From the NCBI GenBank assembly GCA_951406725.2, contig OX597816.1, positions 8,370,001 to 8,434,000 of the forward strand: DNA of 64,000 nucleotides, in the 5' to 3' direction. The translations under genes were made by a program, and so were the position numbers. This document shows positions 34,501 to 43,164 of the stretch, in pieces. The notes under the pieces are model-generated. The model saw nothing but the letters and a program-made list of their open reading frames with translations. It was not told the DNA's origin and did no database searches. Source of the stretch: Octopus vulgaris (lineage: Eukaryota). The first letter of the stretch is position 1, and every line of letters starts with the position of its first letter.

Positions 34501-37029
34501 ATCGCCACCACCTCTGCCATTCACTCACCATTCAGCCTTTTTGTGATGGTAATAGTGTGAGCTGCAGTTGTGATAGAGGTGGAGGCGGCAGTGAAGATGG
34601 TGGTGGTGGTGGTCGTAGCTGAGGCGGTCAGGGATGATGGTGATAGGAAGTAATGTGAAAGACAATGGTGATGGTGGTGATGTCTATTGAAACTTTTGTT
34701 TTACTGTTACAGATACACTCCATAACTACCGGGCTGCTGTGAAGAAGCGCCAGAACTCTGAGACTGATTTAGTTGAACAGCAAAGAGCAATGAACAATCC
34801 TGAGATGAAGATGAAGATGAAGGAATGTTCGGAAGCAGAAGAAAGACTACGAGTCATTGAACAGAAATTAGGTGAGTCACGTAACATTCACAACAACAAC
34901 AACAACAATTGTTATTCTGTTGTAATTAAAAAATATATCAAACGTATCAGAATGGTTGGCATTAGGAAGGGCATCCAGCCATTGAAACGATGCCGAATTA
35001 AACTGGAGTCTGGTGCAGCCTTCCAGCTTGCCAGCCCTGGTCAAACCATCCAACTCAAGCAATCATGGACGATGGGCACTAAATGATGAGGATGATGATG
35101 ATTGTTGACACCACAAACTACTTTGAACTAAATACTCATCATCATCATCATCGTTTAACGTCTGCTTTCCATGCTAGCATGGGTCGGACGATTTGACTGA
35201 GGTCTGGGGAACCAGATGGCTGCACCAGTCTCCAATCTTGATCTGGAAGAGTTTCTACCGCTGGATGCCCTTCCTAAATGCCAACCACTCGGAGAGTGTA
35301 GTGGGTGCTTTTACGTGCCACCGGCACGAGGGCTAGTCAGGCGGTACTGGCAACGGCTTTGGCACAAAGCCAGCAATTTCAGCAGGTGGTGGGCAGGAGT
35401 GGGGTGCTGATCAATTACATCAGTCTCATTATTCGACTGGTACTTATTTTATTGATGCTGAAAAGATGAGAGGCTAAGTTGACCTCAGTGAAATTTGAAC
35501 TCAACATTATGTTGATATGCATTTTGCCCAGCATGCTAACCACTCTGCCAAGCTCACTGCCTTAGATTATTGCAAATTTTGTCTCAAGGCCAGCAGGTTC
35601 GGGGAAGGGGTTAAATCAATTACATCAACCCCAGTGCTCAACTGGTACTTAATTTATTGACCCCGAAAGGATGAAAGGCAAAGTCAACCTCAGTGAAATT
35701 TGGACCCCAGAATGTAAAGACGGACAAGACGCTGCAATCATTTTCCCCAGCCTGCTAATGATTCTGTCAGCTCTCCACCTTCACTCTGATCTAAATACTG
35801 CAAGACATTTCGTGCAGCCATTGCTGATCCTTAGTTCTAAAATGAGTTACTGTTGACCAAGGGAAAGATTAGGGTCACAATGCCTCCTATTTATTGATGA
35901 AAGGGTTAATCCATATTTTCTTAAAGTGCATTTCGAGACAAGAGAAGCCCAACTAGAAATGAAGAAAATGAGTTGGTGGGCTTCATTCATTGCTTTTGGG
36001 AATCAATATTAATGTTTGTGGGTGGGGTATAATTTCTCATTAAAAAATATTCCTAAATCAAAGTTGGTTGTTATAAACAATCAGTTCTTGTTTAAACCAG
36101 CCATGTCTGGCCTAAATGTTCTACTTGTTTTATGTTCAAACTGGCCAGATCCAGCCTCTCACACCTACCATACCATGTCATTTTAAAAGTAAGCAGTCCC
36201 ATCATTGAAATCTTAAAGCTACAAGATAATGCATGATTAATTTAAAGCAATGCTGAATAAATAAGCGTTACATTTGATAGAATAATCTGAATCATCATCG
36301 TTTAACGTCTGTTTTCCATGCTAGCATGGGTTGGACGGTTCAGCCGGGGTCTGGGAAGTCAGGAGGCTACACCAGGCTCCAGTCTGATGTGGCAGAGTTT
36401 CTACAGCTGGATGCCCTTCCTAACGCCAACCACTCCGTGAGTGTAGTGGGTGCTTTTTACGTGCCAGGCAAGGCTGGCAGCAGCCACGATCGATTGGTGT
36501 TTTTTACGTGCCACTGGCACAGAAGCCAGTCAATGCTAAAGTTAATTAGGTTCTGTGAAATAATTGTATTCTTGCTTTCGTTGGATGAAGCCATAATTAA
36601 TTTAAAACCTATTAATTAATCTTAACAGTTATTTCATTCCTTTATGAATTAATATTATTATTTCTGTTGTCGTTTTTTTCAGGTATGTGCCTTGCTCAGT
36701 CACAATCGTCAGGAATGACTTCAAAAGGAAAATTATACGAACACTATGAGACTCCTGTGAGCACCAAAAAGCCTCGTTTGTCAACATCCTCAATTCCTTT
36801 CAGTGTCGATACTGGTAATGTTGAAATGTCATCTCCTGCTTTGAACGGCACCGGAGCTGGTAAATCCCACAATATTATGAATAACAGTGGAATGGCAAGC
36901 AACTCGGGGGCAGCGGGTGTCTCGACGCCGACCAACAATAACTTTGCTCCCACGCGACAGAGCAAACGCATTGCTTCCATGACACCAGTCACCTCAGATG
37001 ATGGTAGAAAGAGGTTGCGTAAGACCTGA
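35..37029 (+). CDS. SMCHD1: SMCHD1 orthologue, 3' part (19 exons in window; 5' GHKL-ATPase exons lie upstream of the window)
   Basis: Hand-spliced GT-AG exons join in frame (2568 nt = 855 aa + stop). Peptides match remembered vertebrate SMCHD1, e.g. [82 protein letters not shown]. Confidence 0.95.
509..947 (-). mobile_element. Internally deleted Tc1/mariner-type DNA transposon
   Basis: TIR CAGGGTGTCCACAAA(G/A)TCTGGGTACATGG at both ends, TA on both flanks; minus-strand remnant [27 protein letters not shown]. Confidence 0.85.
1453..1795 (+). mobile_element. 5'-truncated RTE LINE 3'UTR copy with (ATG)n tail; representative of dozens of copies in the window
   Basis: Nearly identical to 53510-53782, the 3' end of the RTE LINE. 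Confidence 0.85.
2222..2347 (+). CDS. SMCHD1: SMCHD1 exon 2
   Basis: cttcag|CCT...AAG|gtattt; [42 protein letters not shown]. Confidence 0.88.
2614..3045. mobile_element. Head-to-head inverted pair of a tRNA-headed, hammerhead-bearing short element
   Basis: 2614-2813 is the reverse complement of the body in 2875-3045 and 28525-28894; A box TGGCATAGTGG and B box GTTCAATTCC in 2821-2881; CTGATGA...GAAA core. Confidence 0.75.
3171..3250 (+). CDS. SMCHD1: SMCHD1 exon 3
   Basis: tttcag|ATT...AG|gtaaga; [27 protein letters not shown]. Confidence 0.88.
3390..3550 (+). CDS. SMCHD1: SMCHD1 exon 4
   Basis: ttacag|G...G|gtaagt; [53 protein letters not shown]. Confidence 0.9.
3989..4250 (+). mobile_element. 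tRNA-derived SINE family A (internally deleted copy)
   Basis: Head GGCGCAGGAGTGGCTGTGTG...GGTTCAGTCCC, tail (TAAAGAG)n; other copies near 24810-25150, 39450-39822, 50733-51103, 54233-54626, 60334-60748. Confidence 0.85.
4420..4538 (+). CDS. SMCHD1: SMCHD1 exon 5
   Basis: tttaaag|TA...AAA|gtaagt; [39 protein letters not shown]. Confidence 0.85.
5167..6105 (+). mobile_element. Degenerate RTE LINE 3' fragment carrying a second RTE-family fragment (5286-5655)
   Basis: Outer piece matches 52650-52790 and the (ATG)n-tailed 3'UTR; inner piece encodes [14 protein letters not shown]...RRVQFAGRC...MMDREV and is flanked by a 22-bp duplication. Confidence 0.75.
6222..6277 (+). CDS. SMCHD1: SMCHD1 exon 6
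   Basis: tttcag|GCA...AG|gtatga; [18 protein letters not shown]; phases fit both neighbours. Confidence 0.82.
6424..6508 (+). CDS. SMCHD1: SMCHD1 exon 7
   Basis: tcacag|C...GTG|gtgagt; [28 protein letters not shown]. Confidence 0.85.
6579..7149. mobile_element. Non-autonomous piggyBac-type element
   Basis: TTAA|CCCCTTCGTTACCA ... TGGTAACGAAGGGG|TTAA. Confidence 0.85.
8159..8290 (+). CDS. SMCHD1: SMCHD1 exon 8
   Basis: tcctag|ATC...AGG|gtaagg; [44 protein letters not shown]. Confidence 0.9.
8382..8531 (+). CDS. SMCHD1: SMCHD1 exon 9
   Basis: ttttag|GAC...CAG|gtacag; [50 protein letters not shown]. Confidence 0.9.
9333..9459 (+). CDS. SMCHD1: SMCHD1 exon 10
   Basis: ttctag|AAA...G|gtaagt; [42 protein letters not shown]. 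Confidence 0.92.
9501..9790 (+). mobile_element. tRNA-derived SINE family D
   Basis: Head GGAGGCGCAATGGCCCAGTGGTTAGGGC...GGTTTCGATTC; related heads at 26436, 38224, 63033. Confidence 0.8.
10335..10419 (-). CDS. Nested gene probable terminal exon
   Basis: Strong acceptor tgtttttgtgtgttttaacacag, correct phase 2, [27 protein letters not shown]; AATAAA on minus strand at 10229-10234. Confidence 0.6.
10335..21458 (-). CDS. Nested antisense gene: leucine-rich-repeat protein with C-terminal ZU5-like domain (4 coding exons; one frameshift as assembled)
   Basis: Exons 21458-19829, 18178-17956, 15243-14957, 10419-10335 with canonical splice sites; exons 2-4 join in frame; about 741 aa if one base is restored near 19896. 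Confidence 0.75.
10567..11200 (+). mobile_element. Fragments of an R4/Dong-like (RLE) non-LTR element C-terminus
   Basis: [13 protein letters not shown] near 10567 and [29 protein letters not shown] at about 11013-11103, typical terminal motifs of that clade. Confidence 0.5.
14957..15243 (-). CDS. Nested gene exon 3 (ZU5-like second half)
   Basis: aatgcag|GTA...GG|gtgagt; [27 protein letters not shown] resembles the ZU5 SPxVxLxP...FxxPxTxxLP motif; ends [11 protein letters not shown]. Confidence 0.8.
15888..16298 (-). mobile_element. (TA)n-flanked insertion with a hammerhead-like motif (possible Penelope-like terminal repeat remnant)
   Basis: Minus strand 16192-16098: CTGATGA, long stem TGAGG..CCTCA, GAAA-CACGTG-TA; (TA)n on both sides. 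Confidence 0.45.
16735..17085 (+). mobile_element. Degenerate RTE reverse-transcriptase fragment
   Basis: AFFDL*KAFDRIP...[10 protein letters not shown] and LYADDLV motifs. Confidence 0.7.
17956..18178 (-). CDS. Nested gene exon 2 (start of ZU5-like domain)
   Basis: ccattgcag|G...ATGCAG|gtgagt; [13 protein letters not shown]...[37 protein letters not shown] resembles the ZU5 GG...LxIP motif. Confidence 0.78.
18310..18589. mobile_element. hAT-type MITE inserted in the head of a tRNA SINE (18284-18890)
   Basis: TIR CAGTGTTTCT / AGAAACACTG; 8-bp TSD GGTCAGGG / GGTTAGGG. Confidence 0.75.
19884..21458 (-). CDS. LRR protein, large first coding exon (524-aa ORF, roughly 15 LxxLxLxxNxL repeats then a low-complexity linker)
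   Basis: Repeats such as [44 protein letters not shown]; splice acceptor upstream at 21526 and strong gtgagt donor at 19828. Confidence 0.92.
   Translation of the reverse strand: MDSIRYQLRYNLNGNLELDLRRHRLVAIPSSVFRYPAIKVLILQENFLEYLPSDIAMLASLSVLQLQKNRLMTIPREITYCRQLRYLDLTSNNFISFPQAIIFLKQLKILKIANNQIKDIPYQISYLDKLCKFDIHKNNLQNLPNSMASLKKLQELDLSENLFEQLPPVICSLCNTKSLNFSRNLLTYIIPCLDNLKNLRELNVSYNNLMSVCLSMNKLKKMKYLNLSYNQLTEVPTSLQQLPYLRILHIQGNKIKHVPNGFTSLMYLNLSNNQIYNFTIGKMKNLLSLNVSHNRLSQLPHGFYQLKRLEHLIVNDNHIKSIPYEIVRLKHLRTLDISNNRLTSVPPYIPQITSLEYFNTENCNGEQETNSQRNEFITAKKHFMKKHESNLIQKKCLEAKPPKQYSSVKSFTGDNQYTKRKQCKRFQCQTGTLLKNTALLEYDTTHYTMPSYKAQAWNNTDANSISNVSNQRQILNRGGSQWLHAYSKSTDSKRNLHTSDSTSGFADEIEVSIASDVSSNDPAR
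22669..22860 (-). promoter_or_regulatory. Candidate promoter and non-coding first exon of the nested gene
   Basis: Donor GAG|gtaaga at 22668 on minus; X-box-like GTCTCCATGACAAT 22831-22844 between two CAGCTG E-boxes; matching acceptor at 21526. Confidence 0.4.
23177..23405 (+). mobile_element. SINE family B (CORE-like central domain)
   Basis: GGCGGCGAGCTGGCAGAAACGTTAGC...GAGTTCAAATTCC...GGGTCGATAAATTAAGTACC; copies at 14585, 23982 (10-bp TSD ATGTTGTGAA), 35580-35780(-), 38993-39170(-), 51908. Confidence 0.8.
23559..23678 (+). CDS. SMCHD1: SMCHD1 exon 11 (coiled coil)
   Basis: ttctag|AT...A|gtaagt; [40 protein letters not shown]. Confidence 0.92.
25935..26140 (+). CDS. SMCHD1: SMCHD1 exon 12
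   Basis: gtccag|TC...AAA|gtgagt; [22 protein letters not shown]...[20 protein letters not shown]. Confidence 0.92.
27278..27379 (+). CDS. SMCHD1: SMCHD1 exon 13 (SMC hinge)
   Basis: tggcag|ATC...AAG|gtatgt; [34 protein letters not shown]. Confidence 0.93.
27502..27731. mobile_element. TTAA-associated MITE family 1
   Basis: CCCTTTAGC...GCTAAAG(AA)GGGTTAA ends; copies at 45429-45656, 36090-36290, 57630-57840. Confidence 0.7.
28383..28471 (+). CDS. SMCHD1: SMCHD1 exon 14 (SMC hinge)
   Basis: caacag|GCC...AA|gtaagt; [29 protein letters not shown]. Confidence 0.93.
28512..28894 (+). mobile_element. Third copy of the tRNA/hammerhead element, interrupted by an RTE tail (28558-28702)
   Basis: Matches 2863-3045 and the reverse complement of 2614-2813. 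Confidence 0.75.
30455..30561 (+). CDS. SMCHD1: SMCHD1 exon 15 (SMC hinge)
   Basis: tttcag|A...G|gtgagt; [35 protein letters not shown]. Confidence 0.92.
32433..32965 (-). mobile_element. CR1-clade LINE 3' fragment
   Basis: [18 protein letters not shown]...TRGHIYKV...[17 protein letters not shown]; (ATT)n tail. Confidence 0.85.
33157..33227 (+). CDS. SMCHD1: SMCHD1 exon 16 (SMC hinge)
   Basis: gttcag|TG...GAG|gtcagt; [24 protein letters not shown]. Confidence 0.93.
33425..33596 (+). CDS. SMCHD1: SMCHD1 exon 17 (SMC hinge)
   Basis: ccttcttag|GTT...G|gtgagt; [57 protein letters not shown]. Confidence 0.95.
34713..34871 (+). CDS. SMCHD1: SMCHD1 exon 18 (coiled coil)
   Basis: ttacag|AT...G|gtgagt; [53 protein letters not shown]. 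Confidence 0.92.
36683..37029 (+). CDS. SMCHD1: SMCHD1 terminal coding exon (Ser/Asn-rich tail with basic NLS-like clusters)
   Basis: tttcag|GT ATG...ACC TGA; continues KLGM as in vertebrates; KKPR and RKRLRK motifs. Confidence 0.87.
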
Positions 37030-37998
37030 GCCGCTCCTTCTTCATATTCTCCTCACCATTATCAACCAACCATCATTGGATTCCCTTTTTCTTAGATCAA
37101 ATCTGAATAGTTTCATACACACCTCACACACAAGACTCTGGAACTGCCTTTCTTCCCCCATCACCTCTCTTTAATTTTTATTTCTTTCTATTTTACTACA
37201 TCCCAACACACACACACACACACATATATACACACATACACATTCAGACACACAAATCAACTTTATTTTATTTTCCCAAGACTATTTTTGACTGGTAACT
37301 GTTAAGTACTTGGGCCCTGTTTTTGAATTTAATTACCTACATCACTCCCTCACTTTTAGTAAAGTTATTTACTGCAGTTTTGTTGTCTTTCTTTCTTTCG
37401 TCTCTCCTTCTCCCTACCTCTCTCTCTCTCTCTCTCTCTCTCATGTAATATAAACATCAGATTCTAAACTTTTCACTGTTAAGGTAAGAAAATATCTGTT
37501 TCTTTTTATTACGTCTACTTATTTCAGTTATTTCAAATTTATTGTCCATTGTTGTGCCAAGGAGAAGTTGACCCCTTCTCTGCATTTTAATATCACCCAC
37601 ACTTAAAAAGCTATCCTCACAATTTGTGTGCAAGGTTTCCTTTTTTCCTTTGTTTTGTTTTGTTTTTTTGTTCAGTTTTTTTTTTTTTTTTTTTCCATTC
37701 CACAAACCATTTTTTTGCCATGTATTAGTTCCTTATGGAACCAAGTATTGTAAATACAGCTTTTCAGACTATTTCGATTTGACTTGTTAATTTGTTTCAC
37801 TCATTATTCAACATGACATCAATCATCAACAGCCTTTATTCACCTTTCTCAATCTACATGTGATAGACTTACAAGATTCAGCTCCGTATTCAACGGATGC
37901 TGTTACTTAACAAACTTCATACAGTATTTTGACATCCACATTTTTAGTGCATAACAAACACTAAGATAATCATAAAAAAAACTGGTATTTGTAAAAAA

Positions 37999-38011
37999 AA
38001 TAAAAAATAAA
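37999..38011 (+). terminator. Candidate SMCHD1 polyadenylation signals (two AATAAA)
   Basis: AATAAA twice about 1 kb after the stop, preceded by TGTA and followed by T-rich sequence. Confidence 0.5.
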
Positions 38012-38163
38012 ATTTTCAGTTTAATACCTGACAGATGTAAACTCATTTATTTTCTTTCATATAAAATATGATAGTTAAAGAAATAGCTCTGAAGATGCCT
38101 TTTGAATTTGATAAGTTGTTTTCGATAAAAAGCTAAATTTTGAACAATTTAGAAATTATTTTT

Positions 38164-38562
38164 CTTTGGAGTAAAGATTGTTTTGCCAACATAACATGGC
38201 AGTCCTGGTTCAGGACGAATGTGGAGGCGCAATGGCAAAGTGGTTAGGGCAGTAGACTCGCGGTCGGAGGATCGCGGTTTCGTGTGTATTTATTGAGCGA
38301 AAACATCAAAAGCTCCGCAAGGCTCCGGCAGGGGGTGGTGGCAGCCTCTGTTGTATAAAAAAATACCGTCCAACCCATACTAGCATGGAAAACGGACGTT
38401 AAGCAATGATGATGATGTTGCTGTAATTTAGCCCCAGGAGACATTGTCTCCAGCTGGCTATACAACAGCTGGAGACAATGTCTCCTGGGGCTAAATTACA
38501 GCAACATTCGTCCTAAACCAGGACTGCCATGTTAAATTCGCAAAACAATCTTTACTCCAAAG
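38164..38562. mobile_element. Foldback/MITE palindrome with a chimeric SINE inserted in its left arm
   Basis: About 100-bp arms CTTTGGAGTAAAGATTG...GTCTCCAGCTG / CAGCTGGAGAC...CAATCTTTACTCCAAAG, 9-nt loop. Confidence 0.8.
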
Positions 38563-40672
38563 TACTGTTACTGAATATCTCTTGTTTTGAGATTTACAAA
38601 TAGTAATTTTCTGGTTTTTCTTTTTGTTTTCCACTTCTTTTCTTCCCATTAATTGTAATGTTCTAGTTTTCTTAATCAGCTTGAATTAAAAATTGAAACA
38701 TCCTGTCATTCTAGTTAAGTTTCTCTTTCAAAAAGTCATCAACATAGTCTAACTGAATTCTGTATGAAAGCTTTCTTGTATCCTTTTGCCACAAGACGTA
38801 TCTGAATGAAAGTGTTGGTGAGGAATTCCATGGAATATTAGAATTCAGACTCTGTTGGTTCCTCAAGTAACTTTCGGTACTTTCTGGTCCTAAAAAGAGC
38901 TTTAATGAGAGAGGATGAAAAATGTGTAGAAAATAGGAGCAAACTAGATAAAAGATTCTGATAGAAAATGGGAAAATAGACACTAAAATAAATACCTATT
39001 TCTTTTACTACCCACAAGGTGCTAAACACAGAGAGGACAAACAAGGACAGACAAACGGATTAAGTCGATTACATCAACCCCAGTGCGTAACTTAATTTAT
39101 CGACCCCGAAAGGAGGAAAGGCAAAGTTGACCTCTGCAGAATTTGAACTCAGAACGTAACGGTAGACTAAATTATATACCAGTTGAGCGCTGGGGTCAAT
39201 GTGATCAACTAGGCTCCCTCTCCAAAATTCCAGGCTTGTCCCAGGTTTAGCTCCTCTACAGAAAGAACTGTAATTTTAAATGAACAATAATCTACTTCAG
39301 TGTGTCAGTTTGTGTGATATATTTGTGTGTGAGTGTGTATACATACATACAGGCATACATACATATAAACATGTATAGAAATGTGTATATTTCTGTACAT
39401 GTATACATTTCTTATTTTGTTTGTATATGCATGTGTGTTTGTGTGTGTTCTTTTATTTGTTTCAGTCATTTGACTGCGGCCATGCTGGAGCACTGCTTTT
39501 AGTCGAACAAATCAATCCCAGAAATTATTCTTTGTAAGCCTAGTGCTTATTCTATCAGTCTCTTTTGCTAAACCACTAAGTTACAAGGTGTAAACACATC
39601 ATCAGTTGTCAAGCAATAGTGGGAGGGGACAAACACACACACACACACACATATATATACGACGGGCTTCTTTCAGTTTCCATCTACCAAATCCACTCAC
39701 AAGGCTTTGGTTGGCACAGGGCTATAGTAGAAGACACTCGCCCAATGTGCCACGCAGTGGGACTGAACCCGGAACCATGTGGTTGGTTAGCAAGCTACTT
39801 ACCACACAGCCACTCCTGCACCTATATATACATATATCTTTTCCTTATTTCAGTTATTAGACCATGGCCATGCTGGGGCACTGCCTTGAAGAATTGTACA
39901 AATTGAACAACTCAACCCCAGTACTTGGTTTTTTTTCTTTTTATCATTAAACCTGGTACTTATTCTGTCAGTCTCTTTTGCCAAACTGCTCAGTTAAGGA
40001 GGCATGAACACATCAATGCTGAACTGAGAATTATGAATTAAAAATATCTTTTATTCACTCTTGGACTTATCTTGGAATACTTTAAGTAACTGGATGTAGC
40101 TTTCGATTTATCACCCTTGGAATACACTCACACACATTTATTATCGTCATCGTCATCATTTAGCTGGCATGAGTTGGTTTGACAAGAACTACCAACTCAG
40201 AAGACTACAACAAGCTCTGCTGTCTGTTCTGGCTTGCTTTCTACAGCTGGATGCCTTTCCTGATGCCAACCACTTCATGGAGTGAACAGGGTGCTTTTTA
40301 TGTGGCACTAGCAGCAGTCAGGTCACCAAAACCCCTTTCAACTGGAGGGAACAGTATTGAGGGACAGAAATGGCATATTGCATTAGAAGAGGAGATATGG
40401 CGACCTCAGATGGAGAGATAGAGAGATGATGAAAATGTGACAGGGAGGAGGCTGGGCCTGTACACCAAAATTACAGGAGTGGTGTATATAGTGAAGTGGC
40501 CCCAGGATTGGAGAGGGTGAGTTCACAATACAAATTCACATATGAAAGGGATAAGATTTAAAATTACACTATTTATGTTTCTCACAGGCCAGGGAATTAG
40601 TTATAAATTGGGTTTAAAGTATAGAAGAGTTTCACAAACAGAATACAGGCATTTAATCCTCAATTCATCAAA

Positions 40673-41065
40673 TCTCTCTCTATATAAAGTTGAAGTTGTC
40701 TGTGTATGGCAGGTTTGGTAGCCTTCAACTAACACTACCTCCTCCGAGACCCTGCTGCGCAAGTTGACCAAAATTGAGAGTATGATAGAAGAAGGCTTGC
40801 TCTTCCTTCCGTAGAAGAAAAAATTCAAATTGGACCATGTTAACACCAAAAATTATTTACATCAAAAAGGTGCTTTTTTTCTATGAAAATCCCTATTTTT
40901 TACGATTTTTTTTACTGCTGTGTCACCATTTTTCAGTGTATTTCAATCAGAAAAATGTTCACTTAAAGAGAATAACAAGCTACATAATGCAAAATTTTTA
41001 CTTTTCAAAAATTCCAATTCTAAAGGGTCGAAACAAACCCGAGCAACGCCAGGCGATACTGCTAG
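40673..41065 (+). mobile_element. Non-autonomous Helitron-like element
   Basis: A|TC start, subterminal GC hairpin CCCGAGCAACGCCAGGCG, CTAG|T end. Confidence 0.7.
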
Positions 41066-41752
41066 TTTATTAATAAATGTGATCTGAGCACATTAGCAAC
41101 ATTTTCATACAATAAAGATTGTACCCACAGCAATTGCTAACACTAGGCTTAACATATCTAGCAATAACAGAAATTCTTGTGTTGCTTTTGATGCATGGGG
41201 GGGGGGGGGCAACAGCTTGTTAGACTACCTACACAGAGTGTTTGTTTCCAGTAGTGAAAGTGTGGGACTAAGCACACCTTTTAGAAATTCTGTTAGGAAG
41301 TTGGTGTAAATATTTGCCACAAACACAGTGAACAATAAACATTACCATAGGTTTTTCTGTTAGTTCTCCATCTCCAGGATTTGTTAAGTAATGATTCAAA
41401 CTCCTAACCATTCAGTTAAGTATCACGAGTGAGCCACCACAGTTTCACAGGATTGATTTATAAATCAATCAATCGGCTGTGGCATGATATGGCTTCACAG
41501 GCGTTCTAGTATTTATCCTCTTATTGCCCAATTTAAACTAATTGGTGCCTAATTCACCTGGCAGATGAACTCCAGCATTCAGACTTTTGCACAGACAACT
41601 CTGCATTCAAACAGGCTGATTCTGAACATTGACCCAATGTCCCATTGGTAGCTTTCTACAGACTTGACAGTTTTCTCTCCTCTCAATCAGCAAAATATAT
41701 TATTGTCTTTCATTGTAAATAGCCAACACCAAATATGATGTCCAGCAACAAA

Positions 41753-42107
41753 TCTCTATATATATATATGAACGGCAAAATGTCTGTTTGTGTGTGTGTG
41801 TGTGTCCTTTATACAAATCCACAATTTTTCAGTTAGAGGGCTCGCACTCTCTATGGTCATTCAAAACCGTCCAAAGGTGGTCGTGCACATCTTTACATTT
41901 CCCCAGTCACCCCTCAAAGCCATTAAAAAATCAATAGAAGTGAATTTTCTATCAAAATGCCCAAAACTTGATACGCCAATTGAATGCCAGCTAGCTGTAT
42001 GTGATTGGTCGGAGATTTGGACAGTACTCGCGTGTATGTGCACATGCACACAGCTGTATATGCATGCACTAGCACTATGACCCGGTGTTGCTGGGTCATA
42101 GTGCTAG
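41753..42107 (+). mobile_element. Non-autonomous Helitron-like element
   Basis: A|TCTCTATATA start, (TG)n, hairpin GACCCGG..CTGGGTC, CTAG|T end. Confidence 0.72.
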
Positions 42108-42656
42108 TATTAAAGTAAAATGTCTTCCGAGTTTACTTCAGTCATTGTTCATGCAGCCAGCAACAATATGCCACACATACGCTACCACATGGTAATAAAG
42201 CCATCTGTGGTGGATCACATGTTTAAAATGTATCATCAAACACGAGCAACAAACAACCCCATGGCAGCTGCTTTCGACACATTGTAGAGTCCAGCACAAC
42301 TTGGTAGGCTAAATGTGCACTTTGGTATCAAACCAGAAGTTTCTAGGTCCATCATCATCATTTAATGTCTGCTTTCCATGCTGGTATGGGTTTGACGGTT
42401 TGACAGGAGCTGACCAGGCAGAAGGCTGCACCAGGCTTCTGTATCTGTTCTGGCATGGTTTTTACAGCTAGATGCCCTTCCTAACATGAACTACCCTGTA
42501 GAAAACTGATCAACGGACTGATTGAGTAAAACAATCAATGAACGAACCTATAATGATTACTGGAAACAGCTGTTAGTCAAATTTACTACAATAAAAGAAT
42601 ATGACCGTTATTTATACCTTGTCCTTTATATATGATGATGATGATATATATATATA

Positions 42657-43052
42657 CTAGCAGTATCGCCCGGCGTTGCTCGGGTTTGTAAGGGAAATAA
42701 CTATATAAGCATTTTTAGAGAGTTATAGCCAAAAAATAGGAAAAAAATGCATTAAAAATGAAAAAAAATTAAGGTAAATTTCTTTTTAAATCGTTGACAC
42801 ATCGTAGATATTTTTAGAGAGTTACTTCCCTTATATAATAGCGAAAAAAATGCATTAAAATGGAAAAATATGATGGTAAATTTTTTTAAATCGTAGACTC
42901 ATCGTAGACGCGCGCTAATACCCAGAAGGGCTCGATATGACTCACGACTATAAGATACCCGGTTTTGGTTACACTGCACCGCAAAATGTGGGAGTAGTAA
43001 GGAATCTAAATCGTAGGAGACAGACACACAACTTGACTTTTATATATAAAGA
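42657..43052 (-). mobile_element. Non-autonomous Helitron-like element
   Basis: Minus strand A|TCTTTATATATAAAAG...AAACCCGAGCAACGCCGGGCGATACTGCTAG|T; internal direct repeat; 3' end shared with 41035-41065. Confidence 0.72.
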
Positions 43053-43164
43053 TATAAGTCACGTAGTTATATACACATACTTTGTTATATACACATTCTT
43101 AAAAGAAAATGTTATTTTGAATACAACATTTATAAAGAATAAAATATTTTTTGGTTTTTCTTAA

